Source: a virus (Duplodnaviria > Caudoviricetes). Taken from it: DNA of 53,254 bases. The stretch is taken from the IMG/VR virus record IMGVR_UViG_3300010052_000163, positions 1 to 53,254 of that record. One strand, given 5' to 3'. The notes beneath the pieces were generated by a model. That model saw only the letters and a program-made list of their open reading frames with translations. It did not search any database and was not told where the DNA came from. Made by a program: the position numbers and the translations under genes. Below are positions 44,852 through 53,254 of the stretch, in pieces (position 1 is the stretch's first letter; each line of letters opens with the position of its first letter).

Positions 44852-45786
44852 ACGCGCCGGCAAAGATTGATAGCGACGACGCCTTCCGCGCGTCCGTCGT
44901 CGGCGCCAGCGAGGTCGCGGCCCTGTTCGACGCCTCGCCATGGTTGACCAACTTTGAGCTGTGGCACCGCAAGACTGGCGGCATATCGACGCCTGCTTTC
45001 AACGCGATCAAACATGACGGAAGCCCTGAAAACGAGCGCGTCTATTGGGGCGTGAAGCTGGAAAAGGTCATCGTCGAAGCCGCTTGTGAGCGGTGGGGCT
45101 ATCAGCCGGTCGAGACCCCGCACCGGTTAGACAATGGCAAGGGTCTTGGCGGACACCCCGATCAGCTCGTCATCTGTCCTGATCGCGGCCCCGGCATCCT
45201 CGAAGTCAAGACCGCCGACTGGCTGGTAGCGAAGGAATGGGGCGAAGAGCCGCCGCTGAATTACCTACTCCAGAGCCAGTCATATCAGGGGCTCGCCAAG
45301 GTCCAGTGGGGCGATTTGATCGTTCTCGTCGGCGGCAATGACCTGCGGCGGTTCCAATATAATTTTCGTCCGAAGATTTACGCCGACATCGAGGCGCGCG
45401 TCATCGAGTTTTGGCGTTCGGTCGAGGCGGGCAAGGCTCCGAAGCCGGACTATGCCAAGGACGGGCGCGTCGTCTCGGAACTCTACGGCAACCCGGCAGC
45501 GACGGCGACAGACCTGCGCCGTGACAACCGGATGCCCGAACTACTCCGCGAATATCTGGAAGCCAAGGAAGCGGAGGCGCTTGCGAGCGCGCGTGTCGAT
45601 GCAGCCAAGTGCGAACTGCTCGAAAAGCTGGGCGACCATAGCGAGGCTATCGTGGACGGGTTCACCTGCCGCGCTCCACTCGTCGGCGGCAAGCCCGATT
45701 CCGTCATAACCGCCGACATGGTTGGCCAGGCCGTCAAGGGACGCGCGGCCTATCGCCGCTTCACAATCAAGGAGAAAACACAATGA
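44848..45786 (+). CDS. YqaJ/lambda-exo-like recombination nuclease
   Basis: VGASEVAAL..SPW..FELW..K, HPD, LEVKT, YLLQ.Q.Y, EFW..V. Confidence 0.9.
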   Translation: MNAPAKIDSDDAFRASVVGASEVAALFDASPWLTNFELWHRKTGGISTPAFNAIKHDGSPENERVYWGVKLEKVIVEAACERWGYQPVETPHRLDNGKGLGGHPDQLVICPDRGPGILEVKTADWLVAKEWGEEPPLNYLLQSQSYQGLAKVQWGDLIVLVGGNDLRRFQYNFRPKIYADIEARVIEFWRSVEAGKAPKPDYAKDGRVVSELYGNPAATATDLRRDNRMPELLREYLEAKEAEALASARVDAAKCELLEKLGDHSEAIVDGFTCRAPLVGGKPDSVITADMVGQAVKGRAAYRRFTIKEKTQ

Positions 45787-46664
45787 CCATCCAGCAACTT
45801 GCCGAACGCAAGCAGGCCAGCCCCATCCAGGTGCTGCGCGAAAACCTGACCCAGATGCAGCCCGAATTGAAGATGGCATTGCCCGCGCACGTCACCGTCG
45901 AGAAATTCAGCCGCGTCGCCATGACGGCGATCCAGAATAATGCCGACCTGCTCAATTGCGACCGTAAGAGCCTGTTCGGTGCGATCGTTCGCCTCGCGCA
46001 AGACGGGCTGCTCCCCGATGGCCGCGAAGCTGCCTTGGTCAAATTCGGCCAACAGGTTCAGGCTATGCCGATGATCGCCGGCGTCCTGAAAAAGATCCGG
46101 CAGTCCGGCGACGTGTCGAAGGTATCGGCGCAGGTCGTCTATGAAAACGACGTGTTTGTCGTCAAATATGGCTTCGACGAAGATGTCGAGCACAGCCCGC
46201 CCGCGCTCGACCAGCCTCGCGGCAAACCCATCGGCGCTTATGCCACCGCTGTTCTCAAGGATGGCTCGCGGCTGCTCGAAGTGATGAGCCTCGAAGAAAT
46301 CGAGAAGGTCCGCAACGTCAGTCGCGCCAAGGGCAACGGGCCGTGGGTGTCGTGGTGGGGAGAGATGGCCCGCAAGACCGTGATGCGTCGCCTGTCCAAG
46401 CGCCTTCCGATGTCCACAGACCGCGACGACGACGTGTTCGAGCGCGATGAAACGATGGGCGGGATCGAAGCGCCGACGCAAGTCATCGACGCCGAGGTCA
46501 AGAATGTCTCGCGCCTCGACGCGCTGGAACATCGGATCGACGCCGAGGATGAGAGCGAAGGCGCCGACACCGTGACGGAAGATTCCCCGAACGCCGAGGA
46601 AGGGCGCGCGGATGAGGATCATGGCGATCAGCATGATGGCGGGCCTTACGAGGGTGATGACTGA
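45783..46664 (+). CDS. recT: RecT single-strand annealing protein
   Basis: ALPAHV..EKF.R, GLLPDGREA.LV, VVYEND.F, GPWVSWWGEMARKTVMRRLSKRLPMS. Confidence 0.93.
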   Translation: MTIQQLAERKQASPIQVLRENLTQMQPELKMALPAHVTVEKFSRVAMTAIQNNADLLNCDRKSLFGAIVRLAQDGLLPDGREAALVKFGQQVQAMPMIAGVLKKIRQSGDVSKVSAQVVYENDVFVVKYGFDEDVEHSPPALDQPRGKPIGAYATAVLKDGSRLLEVMSLEEIEKVRNVSRAKGNGPWVSWWGEMARKTVMRRLSKRLPMSTDRDDDVFERDETMGGIEAPTQVIDAEVKNVSRLDALEHRIDAEDESEGADTVTEDSPNAEEGRADEDHGDQHDGGPYEGDD

Positions 46665-46861
46665 TGGCCCTCTCCCTCCAAACCCGTCAGCGCATCGCCG
46701 CCCGCCGCAACCGTCGGTATCGCACCGATCCTGAATATCGCCTCGCGCGAATCAATGATGCCCGTCGTCAACGCGGCGTCGAACCCATCGGCTCGCTCTC
46801 CGAAACCGGACGCTCCGGCAATCCGACCGGGCGGCGCGATGAACTCGGACGATTTACCTGA
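46664..46861 (+). CDS. Arg-rich hypothetical protein
   Basis: Coupled; C-terminal RDELGRF. Confidence 0.55.
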   Translation: MALSLQTRQRIAARRNRRYRTDPEYRLARINDARRQRGVEPIGSLSETGRSGNPTGRRDELGRFT

Positions 46862-46913
46862 AACCCCAAGAGAAGGGCGCCGGCCAGCCTAAGAAGCGCG
46901 GCGTTTTCATAGA

Positions 46914-47261
46914 ATGAACATCCTGAACATCTTCCGCCGCGACGACAGTATCGAGCGCGAACGCGACGCGATCAAATCCGAGCTAGCCGAGACGGTCAAG
47001 GAGCGGAATTCACTCGATGCCCGGTTCAAGACGGCGATCAAGGATCTGGCTGAAAGCTCGACCACGATCGCCACGCTGCGGCACAAAGCCTTGCTCGATC
47101 GCGAGACAATCCAGACGCAGGCGAGGCACATCGGCGAACTTCGCATCGAAATCGCCGCCCTCAAAACCGACGCCGAAAAGCTCCGCAACAAGCGCGCGAA
47201 CGACGCCGCGCTGAAGCGTGAGAAGCGTGCCGCTGCGAAGGCCCAACCGATCGCCGCCTGA
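46914..47261 (+). CDS. Coiled-coil protein
   Basis: Heptad-rich composition. Confidence 0.65.
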   Translation: MNILNIFRRDDSIERERDAIKSELAETVKERNSLDARFKTAIKDLAESSTTIATLRHKALLDRETIQTQARHIGELRIEIAALKTDAEKLRNKRANDAALKREKRAAAKAQPIAA

Positions 47262-47334
47262 GTTCAACCGCGCGCGAGGCGCACATTCCGCCGATCCACC
47301 TCGCAGCCCCCAGGATCGGCGGGAAAGGGATAGA

Positions 47335-47694
47335 ATGATGAACATCCTCCACACCCTCGGCTTGATCCCCCGCGCCCTAAACGCTCCCCTCTCTTGGATT
47401 GGCGAACGATCACAAGAGGTTGGCGTTGCCTCTGACGAGGCCCGCGCTGCCACCGCTTCGCGGCCAAGTCCTGCGGTCTTGGGCCAAGCTGGCATCGCTA
47501 ACGCGGTGGAGAGCCTCCCGCCGGATGACGACTTCGACGATTATTACGAAGGCAGCGAGATCGGTTGCGTCAACTGCGACGGCGGATGGCGGCACGGCTG
47601 CTGCGATGATCTCTGCCGGGGCAGCAAAGAGCCCGAATGGTGCGACAAGGCGCGCGCATGCCCTGTCTGCAACCCTCGCGGAGAAATCCTGTAA
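47335..47694 (+). CDS. Cys-rich protein
   Basis: CVNC.GG...CCDDLC....C....CPVC. Confidence 0.6.
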   Translation: MMNILHTLGLIPRALNAPLSWIGERSQEVGVASDEARAATASRPSPAVLGQAGIANAVESLPPDDDFDDYYEGSEIGCVNCDGGWRHGCCDDLCRGSKEPEWCDKARACPVCNPRGEIL

Positions 47695-47873
47695 TGGCGT
47701 GGGCACCAACCCGTAACAGCCGCCCTTGGCGCGACTTCCTTACCGAAGATGAGGCGCGCGAGGTTCTGCGGCTTGAGCAGAGCCGTAAGAGCCACCGGCA
47801 GGCCTTGGCCGAAATCCGCTTTGCCCTTGCTCCGATCCAGAACCGCGCGACGGTTCGGGCCGGTAAGCAATGA
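47694..47873 (+). CDS. Hypothetical protein
   Basis: WRDFLTEDE...IQNRATVRA; coupled. Confidence 0.55.
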   Translation: MAWAPTRNSRPWRDFLTEDEAREVLRLEQSRKSHRQALAEIRFALAPIQNRATVRAGKQ

Positions 47874-48112
47874 ATGTGAAGTGCCCATCATGTGGCGGTC
47901 GGGTCGCGCGGATGGCGTGGTCCGGTTGGTGGTCTTGCCAGTCCGATCATTGCGAATGGGATGAAGGCTCTTCGTCCACGCCCGTCGCGCAAGGGACTAG
48001 CGGCTTTGCTCAAGACGCGCAGCGGCTTGACCCGCAGGGCGCAGGCCCGGTCCGTCAGGATGCGCCCGAACCCTGCACCCATACTCACACGACTAAAAAG
48101 AAGGGGAAATAA
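47870..48112 (+). CDS. Zn-ribbon protein
   Basis: CPSCG...WSC...CEW. Confidence 0.55.
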   Translation: MNVKCPSCGGRVARMAWSGWWSCQSDHCEWDEGSSSTPVAQGTSGFAQDAQRLDPQGAGPVRQDAPEPCTHTHTTKKKGK

Positions 48113-48361
48113 GTGATGGCGGACCTCGACTATCCCGTTGCCGCTCCCGATGGAGTTGCGCCGGTCATCTTCCGCGCGATGCTGATCCAGCACATGGCCC
48201 TGCGCTATATGCAGAGCGTCCCCGGCCTCTCGCTCGACGAGGGCATGGAATCGGCCATCGCCACTTGGGGCACCGATTGGGACAGCGACCCTGCACCCCG
48301 CGACTACGACGATGCAGCCGATGCTGTCGATAGCGACCTTGAGCATTGGGAGGGCGACTGA
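48113..48361 (+). CDS. Acidic hypothetical protein
   Basis: AAGGGG RBS; in operon. Confidence 0.6.
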   Translation: MMADLDYPVAAPDGVAPVIFRAMLIQHMALRYMQSVPGLSLDEGMESAIATWGTDWDSDPAPRDYDDAADAVDSDLEHWEGD

Positions 48362-48597
48362 TGGCGCATGATGACGAGCAGCTTGCCGAAACGGTTTCGG
48401 CTTTCCGCGACGCCGAAAAGCAATGCCCCGCTAACAAGTTTTCCCTTGGCGAAAAGCTGTGTCCGAAGTGCGGCGCGAAAAGCAATGAGTCGTGCCGGGA
48501 GACTGTCCGCGCTGCCTATGCCGTCGTTGATGCTGCGAAGTCCGCCCTCCGCGCCCGCGAAACCACTCCCTCTATCAAGGGAGGGGATCGTGGATAA
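48361..48597 (+). CDS. Small Zn-finger protein
   Basis: CPKCGA...C; coupled. Confidence 0.55.
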   Translation: MAHDDEQLAETVSAFRDAEKQCPANKFSLGEKLCPKCGAKSNESCRETVRAAYAVVDAAKSALRARETTPSIKGGDRG

Positions 48598-50167
48598 CGG
48601 ACTAAGGGCGGCGTCCTGTTTTTCCGGGATCGGCGCCCCTGAGCTCGGCGGGCCGCAATTCGAATGGCTTTGGCACGCCGAGATCGAGAAATTCCCGGCT
48701 GCCGTTATGGCTGCGCGCTTCCCCGACAGCACGAACCTTGGCGACGTAACCGCCGACGACTTCCTGCAACGCGCATCGGCGTTCGGTCGGCTGGACCTGC
48801 TTGTCGGTGGCCCGCCCTGTCAGGATTTCAGCGTTGCGGGCCTGCGCGCCGGCGTGGCTGGCGACCGCGGCAACCTCTCCCTCCGGTTCATGGAAATCGC
48901 TCATGCAATTAGACCTCGAAACCTTCTTGTCGAAAACGTCCCCGGCTGGCTCAACATGCCAGACAACGCCTTCGGCTGTTTCCTGGGGGCGCTTGTCGGA
49001 GCAGATGATGCCCTGCGTTCGCCACTCGACGGAAAGTGGCCAAGTGCAGGTATGGTTGCCGGGCCAAGGGCACGGGCTGCATGGCGGGTTTTCGACGCTC
49101 AATATTTCGGAGTGGCCCAACGACGCCGCCGTGTGTTCGTTGTCGCAGATTTTGGAGAAGGGGCCGATCCCGCAGCGGTTCTTTTTGAGCGCAAAGGCGT
49201 GTCAGGGAATACTCCGCCGCGCCGAGAAGCGGGGCAAGGAACTGCCGGAACAATTAGCGCGCGCACTCAAGGCGGTGGCGGACTCGGGGCCGATTTCGAA
49301 CTCGGAGGCGGACTGACTGCGATCTCGACATTCGACCGGCAATCCAGCGGGGAATATGGCGATGCTCCAATCGCGAGCACTGTCAGCGCGCGCGATTACA
49401 AGGGCGCTTCAGACCTGATCGCCCACGCCCTTCGCGGCGAAGGCTTCGACGCCAGCGAGGATGGAACGGGGCGGGGTACGCCGATCGTGCCGGTGCATTG
49501 CATCCACGCCGATGCGATTGACCGCGACGGAATGGCGATCGTCGACAGCCCCGACGCGGAAGGCCGGATGCGCAAGCGCGATGCTGGCATGGGCATTTCA
49601 GACGACGCCTCGTTCAATCTGACGACGGGCAAGCCGCACGCGATTGCGTTCGATACGACACAGATCACCAGCGCGGCCAACTATAGCAATCCACAACCCG
49701 GCGACCCCTGCCACCCACTGGCGGCGGGTGCGCACGTTCCTGCCATCGCCTTCTCGTCGAAGGATTACGGCAACGACGCGACAGACGATCTTTCACCGAC
49801 GCTGCGCAGCATGGGACACGACAAGAGCCATGCGAACGGCGGCGGGCAGATGGCAATTGCTTTCCAAGAGCGGGGTCGCACGGACGGCCGCAACGTCGAG
49901 TGGCAAGATGACCTCGCCTATAGCCTCAACGCGCCCAACGGGGGCGGCCGCCGGCAGGAATTGAACATTGCCGCCGCTTGGCAGGTCCGCCGCCTCACCC
50001 CGACCGAATGCCATCGCCTACAGGGCTTCCCCGACGATCATTGCGCGATCGATTACCGCGGCAAGGTCGCTGCCGATGGTCCGCAATATAAAGCGCTCGG
50101 CAACAGCTGGGCCGTTCCCAATGGCGCCTGGATCATCGGGCGCATCGCAGAAAGATTGGCAGCATGA
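48590..50167 (+). CDS. C5 cytosine DNA methyltransferase
   Basis: FSGIG (I), GGPPCQDFS (IV), ENVPG (VI), QRRRRVF (VIII), RRLTPTECHRLQGFPD (IX), KALGNS (X). Confidence 0.95.
   Translation: MDNGLRAASCFSGIGAPELGGPQFEWLWHAEIEKFPAAVMAARFPDSTNLGDVTADDFLQRASAFGRLDLLVGGPPCQDFSVAGLRAGVAGDRGNLSLRFMEIAHAIRPRNLLVENVPGWLNMPDNAFGCFLGALVGADDALRSPLDGKWPSAGMVAGPRARAAWRVFDAQYFGVAQRRRRVFVVADFGEGADPAAVLFERKGVSGNTPPRREAGQGTAGTISARTQGGGGLGADFELGGGLTAISTFDRQSSGEYGDAPIASTVSARDYKGASDLIAHALRGEGFDASEDGTGRGTPIVPVHCIHADAIDRDGMAIVDSPDAEGRMRKRDAGMGISDDASFNLTTGKPHAIAFDTTQITSAANYSNPQPGDPCHPLAAGAHVPAIAFSSKDYGNDATDDLSPTLRSMGHDKSHANGGGQMAIAFQERGRTDGRNVEWQDDLAYSLNAPNGGGRRQELNIAAAWQVRRLTPTECHRLQGFPDDHCAIDYRGKVAADGPQYKALGNSWAVPNGAWIIGRIAERLAA
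48903..49316 (+). CDS. Overprinted alternative-frame ORF resembling the EcoHK31I methyltransferase beta polypeptide
   Basis: TLNISEWPNDAAVCSLSQILEKGPIPQRFFLSAKACQGILRRAEKRGKELP in +1 frame; start uncertain. Confidence 0.6.
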   Translation: MQLDLETFLSKTSPAGSTCQTTPSAVSWGRLSEQMMPCVRHSTESGQVQVWLPGQGHGLHGGFSTLNISEWPNDAAVCSLSQILEKGPIPQRFFLSAKACQGILRRAEKRGKELPEQLARALKAVADSGPISNSEAD

Positions 50168-50475
50168 CCAATAACGGACAGACCCCAGGAGGGAATACCA
50201 CCACAGCCGGGGCGGTTGAGATGGCGCGGCGGATTGCAGCTTCGATGATCGGTAATCCAGACGTGGTTCGCGATATGCTGGCCGGGGATCGCGACGATGA
50301 CGAAAGCGTCCAATCCGCCCTCGCCGCGATCATCGAGACGACGGAAGCGGCGGCCAATTGGGCCATCGAAGTCTACGGCAGCGGAAGGCCTGACGAAAGC
50401 ACGGACGGCGATTGCATTGCCTTTGACCTTCGCGAAGGCGCTCACCTGATCAACGGAAAGGCCCCAAAGCCATGA
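50164..50475 (+). CDS. Hypothetical protein
   Basis: Coupled; ALAAIIETTE. Confidence 0.65.
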   Translation: MTNNGQTPGGNTTTAGAVEMARRIAASMIGNPDVVRDMLAGDRDDDESVQSALAAIIETTEAAANWAIEVYGSGRPDESTDGDCIAFDLREGAHLINGKAPKP

Positions 50476-50957
50476 CGACCACACCCGCAACGCAGTCGCT
50501 TTTGCCGGTGACGCCCACGCGAGCAGATCATGACGCGGCCAATGCTGCTATGGATGCAATGGAACAGGCGTTGGGTAATCGGCGATCAGTGCTGGCCAGA
50601 GCATTCGCCCGCCACCGCCAAGCTCATTCCATCCCCGGAGACGTCGGGACATTGCTTGATTGCATCCGGCGCGAAGGTTTGTGGGGCCATCCGGGACTAC
50701 ACGCGGCGGTTCAGGCTGTAGCCGCTCTCACCCCTTCGGCGCTGTCCGGGAGCGATTATACGGAAGCGTTCGATATTCTGGTCGATGTGCAGTCTGCGCT
50801 TGTCCTGACCGCCGACCATTCGCAGGGTGCGACAGTGGCAAGTTTCGTGTCGTCATCGACGCAATACGAGCGGCTGAACAGGTTCCTTCACGAACGCCAG
50901 CACGCAGACCCCCGCTCGGCATCGGCGCTGTCCGGCGATGCGGGAGAGGGGGAATGA
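50472..50957 (+). CDS. Hypothetical mosaic protein
   Basis: Coupled; internal SALSG repeat. Confidence 0.6.
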   Translation: MTTTPATQSLLPVTPTRADHDAANAAMDAMEQALGNRRSVLARAFARHRQAHSIPGDVGTLLDCIRREGLWGHPGLHAAVQAVAALTPSALSGSDYTEAFDILVDVQSALVLTADHSQGATVASFVSSSTQYERLNRFLHERQHADPRSASALSGDAGEGE

Positions 50958-51343
50958 GCGGGTTCATCATGGGGTCGCGCATGTGCAATTACTGCCGCCG
51001 CAACCTGCCCAGCCCCGACCTGTGCGGCTGTGACGGTGAGAAGGCGGCACGCCATAAAGAGATGGACCGCCTGATTGCGAAAAGCATCTCCGGCACCGGG
51101 CCGATAAAGCTTGGAACCGAGCCAGCGCATATCGCCGCACAACTTCGCGAAATCAGCCGCCTAAGCAGCAAATACGATCTGCGAGAAAGCATCGAGGGTC
51201 ACAATGACGCTATCGGCGATAGCTACATTTGGCGCGACCTTATGGAGCAGTGCGACATTCTGGCGGCCAAGATTGACGGTCCGAATGACGCTGCATTTTT
51301 CAGACGCGCCGCCCTCCCTTCCCATAAAGGAGCCGGTGAATGA
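50954..51343 (+). CDS. Hypothetical protein with Cys motif
   Basis: GGAGAGG RBS; CNYC...CGC. Confidence 0.55.
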   Translation: MSGFIMGSRMCNYCRRNLPSPDLCGCDGEKAARHKEMDRLIAKSISGTGPIKLGTEPAHIAAQLREISRLSSKYDLRESIEGHNDAIGDSYIWRDLMEQCDILAAKIDGPNDAAFFRRAALPSHKGAGE

Positions 51344-51543
51344 GCTACCCAAAGATGAAGCCGTGCCCGAAATGCGGCGAGACCGACGCGCTGGAGGTCT
51401 ACAAATATGACCATGGCTGGCAACACGTCGAATGCGACCTCAACGAGTGCGGCTACATGGGGCCGGGTTCTGGCTCAATCCTAGGCGCGATCCGTTGCCA
51501 TAACCAGCACGCCAGCGCCGCCCTTGCAACGGAGGCGCAGTAG
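51340..51543 (+). CDS. Lar-family restriction alleviation-like protein
   Basis: KPCPKCG...VEC...CG..GP...AIRCHN. Confidence 0.65.
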   Translation: MSYPKMKPCPKCGETDALEVYKYDHGWQHVECDLNECGYMGPGSGSILGAIRCHNQHASAALATEAQ

Positions 51544-51544
51544 C

Positions 51545-51739
51545 ATGAGCGCCTATCAATTCACCTTTCGTCTGGAAATGGACGCCAAAGACCCGCAGCG
51601 TGAAATTCACGCCGACAGTTTCGGAACGACGGAAAGCTGGCTCATTTTCTATCGAAAAAATCCACAGGGCGGATCGCAACTAGAACATTGGCGCGTCCGG
51701 CTCGACGCTGTGATCAGTATGGAGACGAAACGTGGCTGA
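51545..51739 (+). CDS. Hypothetical protein
   Basis: GGAGG RBS. Confidence 0.6.
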   Translation: MSAYQFTFRLEMDAKDPQREIHADSFGTTESWLIFYRKNPQGGSQLEHWRVRLDAVISMETKRG

Positions 51740-51811
51740 CCGCAAATACGGCATAACGGACGGGAGCTACATAGCGCAGCTCGACGCCGCCCTTGCAACG
51801 GAGAAAACCCC

Positions 51812-51961
51812 ATGACCTACGGCAATCTATCGAAGGCAGCGCACAAGGCAACGTCGATCGACACCGGCACGTCGCAATGGCAGCGTGAACGCGCGCGTGG
51901 GACTATCCAGCCAATGCAATACCCCCGCCAGTCATGGCTGGCAAGATTGTGGGGGAAGTGA
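51812..51961 (+). CDS. Hypothetical protein (49 aa)
   Basis: GGAG RBS; ends SWLARLWGK; coupled. Confidence 0.5.
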   Translation: MTYGNLSKAAHKATSIDTGTSQWQRERARGTIQPMQYPRQSWLARLWGK

Positions 51962-52134
51962 TGCCCTGGGCCGCCCACAATATCCACGCCCCCGCCGTCC
52001 AAACCGACCCCGCCGGCACGATGACCCTAGACGGCAAGACGCGCATACAGCTTCCAGAGCCTTTGATGACGTTCGATAGCTTTGAGGAAGCGGAAGAGTG
52101 GCGAATGGAGCGGTTGGGGGAGATGGGGCGGTGA
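51961..52134 (+). CDS. Hypothetical protein
   Basis: TGATG coupling. Confidence 0.5.
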   Translation: MPWAAHNIHAPAVQTDPAGTMTLDGKTRIQLPEPLMTFDSFEEAEEWRMERLGEMGR

Positions 52135-52451
52135 CGGCGGAGCGTCCCTATTCGCCTGAGACGCTGGCTGATCGCTGGGGTTGCTCGGCGGAGAAGGTAC
52201 GGCTTATGTGTCGCGCCGGGGAACTCTCCAGCTTCAGGCTGGGGAAACTGATTCGCATCCCCGCGAGCGATGTGGAGCGGTACGAGTGCCAGAATACAGC
52301 CTCACCCAGCACCGAGGGAAATGGGCCGTCACTTTCAGAGAGGGAAGCCAACGCTTTCGAATCTCGACTGGTACGGCAGACCGCGGGCTTGCCGAGGCTC
52401 GCGCCGGTGAACTGTGGCGAAGGCGAACAGCCGCGCCGAGCGAACGGGTAG
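52131..52451 (+). CDS. xis: Excisionase-like HTH protein
   Basis: YSPETLADRWGCS.EKVRLMCRAGEL.SFRLGKLIRIP..DVERYE; upstream of integrase. Confidence 0.8.
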   Translation: MTAERPYSPETLADRWGCSAEKVRLMCRAGELSSFRLGKLIRIPASDVERYECQNTASPSTEGNGPSLSEREANAFESRLVRQTAGLPRLAPVNCGEGEQPRRANG

Positions 52452-53254
52452 CAGACCTATGGCCGCGATACGTCAAGGACAGGATTGGGGACGGCGCGAG
52501 ACCAGATCGCTTCAAGGCGCACTGGACCGCGTTGGGGCCTGTATTCGGGCACCGCATCGGCGCCGCGATAACGCGCGAGGATTGCCGGGCCTATTTCGAG
52601 CAGCAGAAAGCAGCCGGTTACGCGAACAGCACGGTCAAGACCGATCTGGAATTGCTGCGAGCCTGCCTTCGATGGAGATACGGCAAGAGCGCACCGAAGA
52701 TATGGATACCCCCGCCGTCCGCCCCGCGCGACAATTCGCTGACCAAGGAGCAGGCGCGCGCGCTGATAGAGGCGACCGATACGCCTCACATCAAACTGTT
52801 TCTGACGCTGGGGCTGGCGACCGGTGCGCGAGCTGCGGCAATACTGGACCTGACATGGGATCGCGTGCGCTTCGATCAGGGCACCATAGATTATCGCCCG
52901 GCTGGCAGGGAAGTGACGAACAAGCGCCGTACCGTCGTGCCCATGAACGCCAAGGCGCGAGAGGCTTTGCAGGAGGCGTACGAGGCCCGTCTGACGGATC
53001 ACGTCATCGAGTACGGGGGCAGGCCGGTGAAGTCGGTCAAAAAGGCGATTCAGAGGCTTTCCGAGCGTACCGGCATTCCGGTGTCGCCCCACGTCTTGCG
53101 TCACACCTGCGCGGTCTGGATGGCGCAAGCCGACGTGCCGATGCAAAAGATTTCGCAGTACCTAGGGCACACATCGCTGCGTATGACCGAGCAGGTTTAT
53201 GCGCGGTACTCACCCTCGTTTATGCGCGATGCCGGGGAGGCCGTGAACTGGTAA
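52286..53254 (+). CDS. int: Tyrosine integrase
   Basis: TGAR, KRR, HVLRHT, LGH, VYARY; GTG 52286 with GGAG RBS. Confidence 0.95.
   Translation: MPEYSLTQHRGKWAVTFREGSQRFRISTGTADRGLAEARAGELWRRRTAAPSERVADLWPRYVKDRIGDGARPDRFKAHWTALGPVFGHRIGAAITREDCRAYFEQQKAAGYANSTVKTDLELLRACLRWRYGKSAPKIWIPPPSAPRDNSLTKEQARALIEATDTPHIKLFLTLGLATGARAAAILDLTWDRVRFDQGTIDYRPAGREVTNKRRTVVPMNAKAREALQEAYEARLTDHVIEYGGRPVKSVKKAIQRLSERTGIPVSPHVLRHTCAVWMAQADVPMQKISQYLGHTSLRMTEQVYARYSPSFMRDAGEAVNW

Larger units (their letters stand above)
4172..53254. mobile_element. Temperate siphovirus prophage; right att lies beyond the window
   Basis: Lysis, tail, head, packaging, replication, immunity, recombination and integration modules in lambdoid order, bounded by the tRNA fragment and the integrase. 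Confidence 0.95.

Noticed and set aside
48590-50167. Complete restriction-modification system
   Set aside because: No cognate endonuclease nearby; it is an orphan methyltransferase in the early operon.

Overview
High-GC, probably alphaproteobacterial DNA (GcrA-like ORF, alpha-type LexA box, GTA-like tail genes). Bases 1-4171 are host or island DNA: a formylglycine-generating enzyme gene and a DUF3489-DUF2924-large serine recombinase trio. From about 4172 to the end is a ~49 kb, apparently near-complete temperate siphovirus prophage inserted in the anticodon loop of a minus-strand tRNA-Val(TAC). Only the displaced 3' half of the tRNA is visible, and the tyrosine integrase ends at the window edge. 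Gene order from left to right: small accessory genes, lysis, tail, neck, head, portal, terminase, iteron origin with VirE/helicases, cII/cro/cI, an O-acyltransferase moron, the early operon (YqaJ/RecT, C5-methyltransferase, Lar-like), xis and int. Most notable signals: (1) a portal protein fused in frame to an Acb1/T4 57B-like 2H phosphodiesterase; (2) a repressor with no self-cleavage domain, overlapped antisense by a Cys4 ORF behind a LexA-boxed promoter; (3) six copies of a probable late-promoter motif before structural genes; (4) a structured leader with a compensatory base-pair change heading two accessory operons; (5) an overprinted EcoHK31I-beta-like frame inside the methyltransferase; (6) an acetylesterase tail protein paired with an AT3-SGNH acetyltransferase. 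All family calls are by-eye motif recognition; no searches were run.
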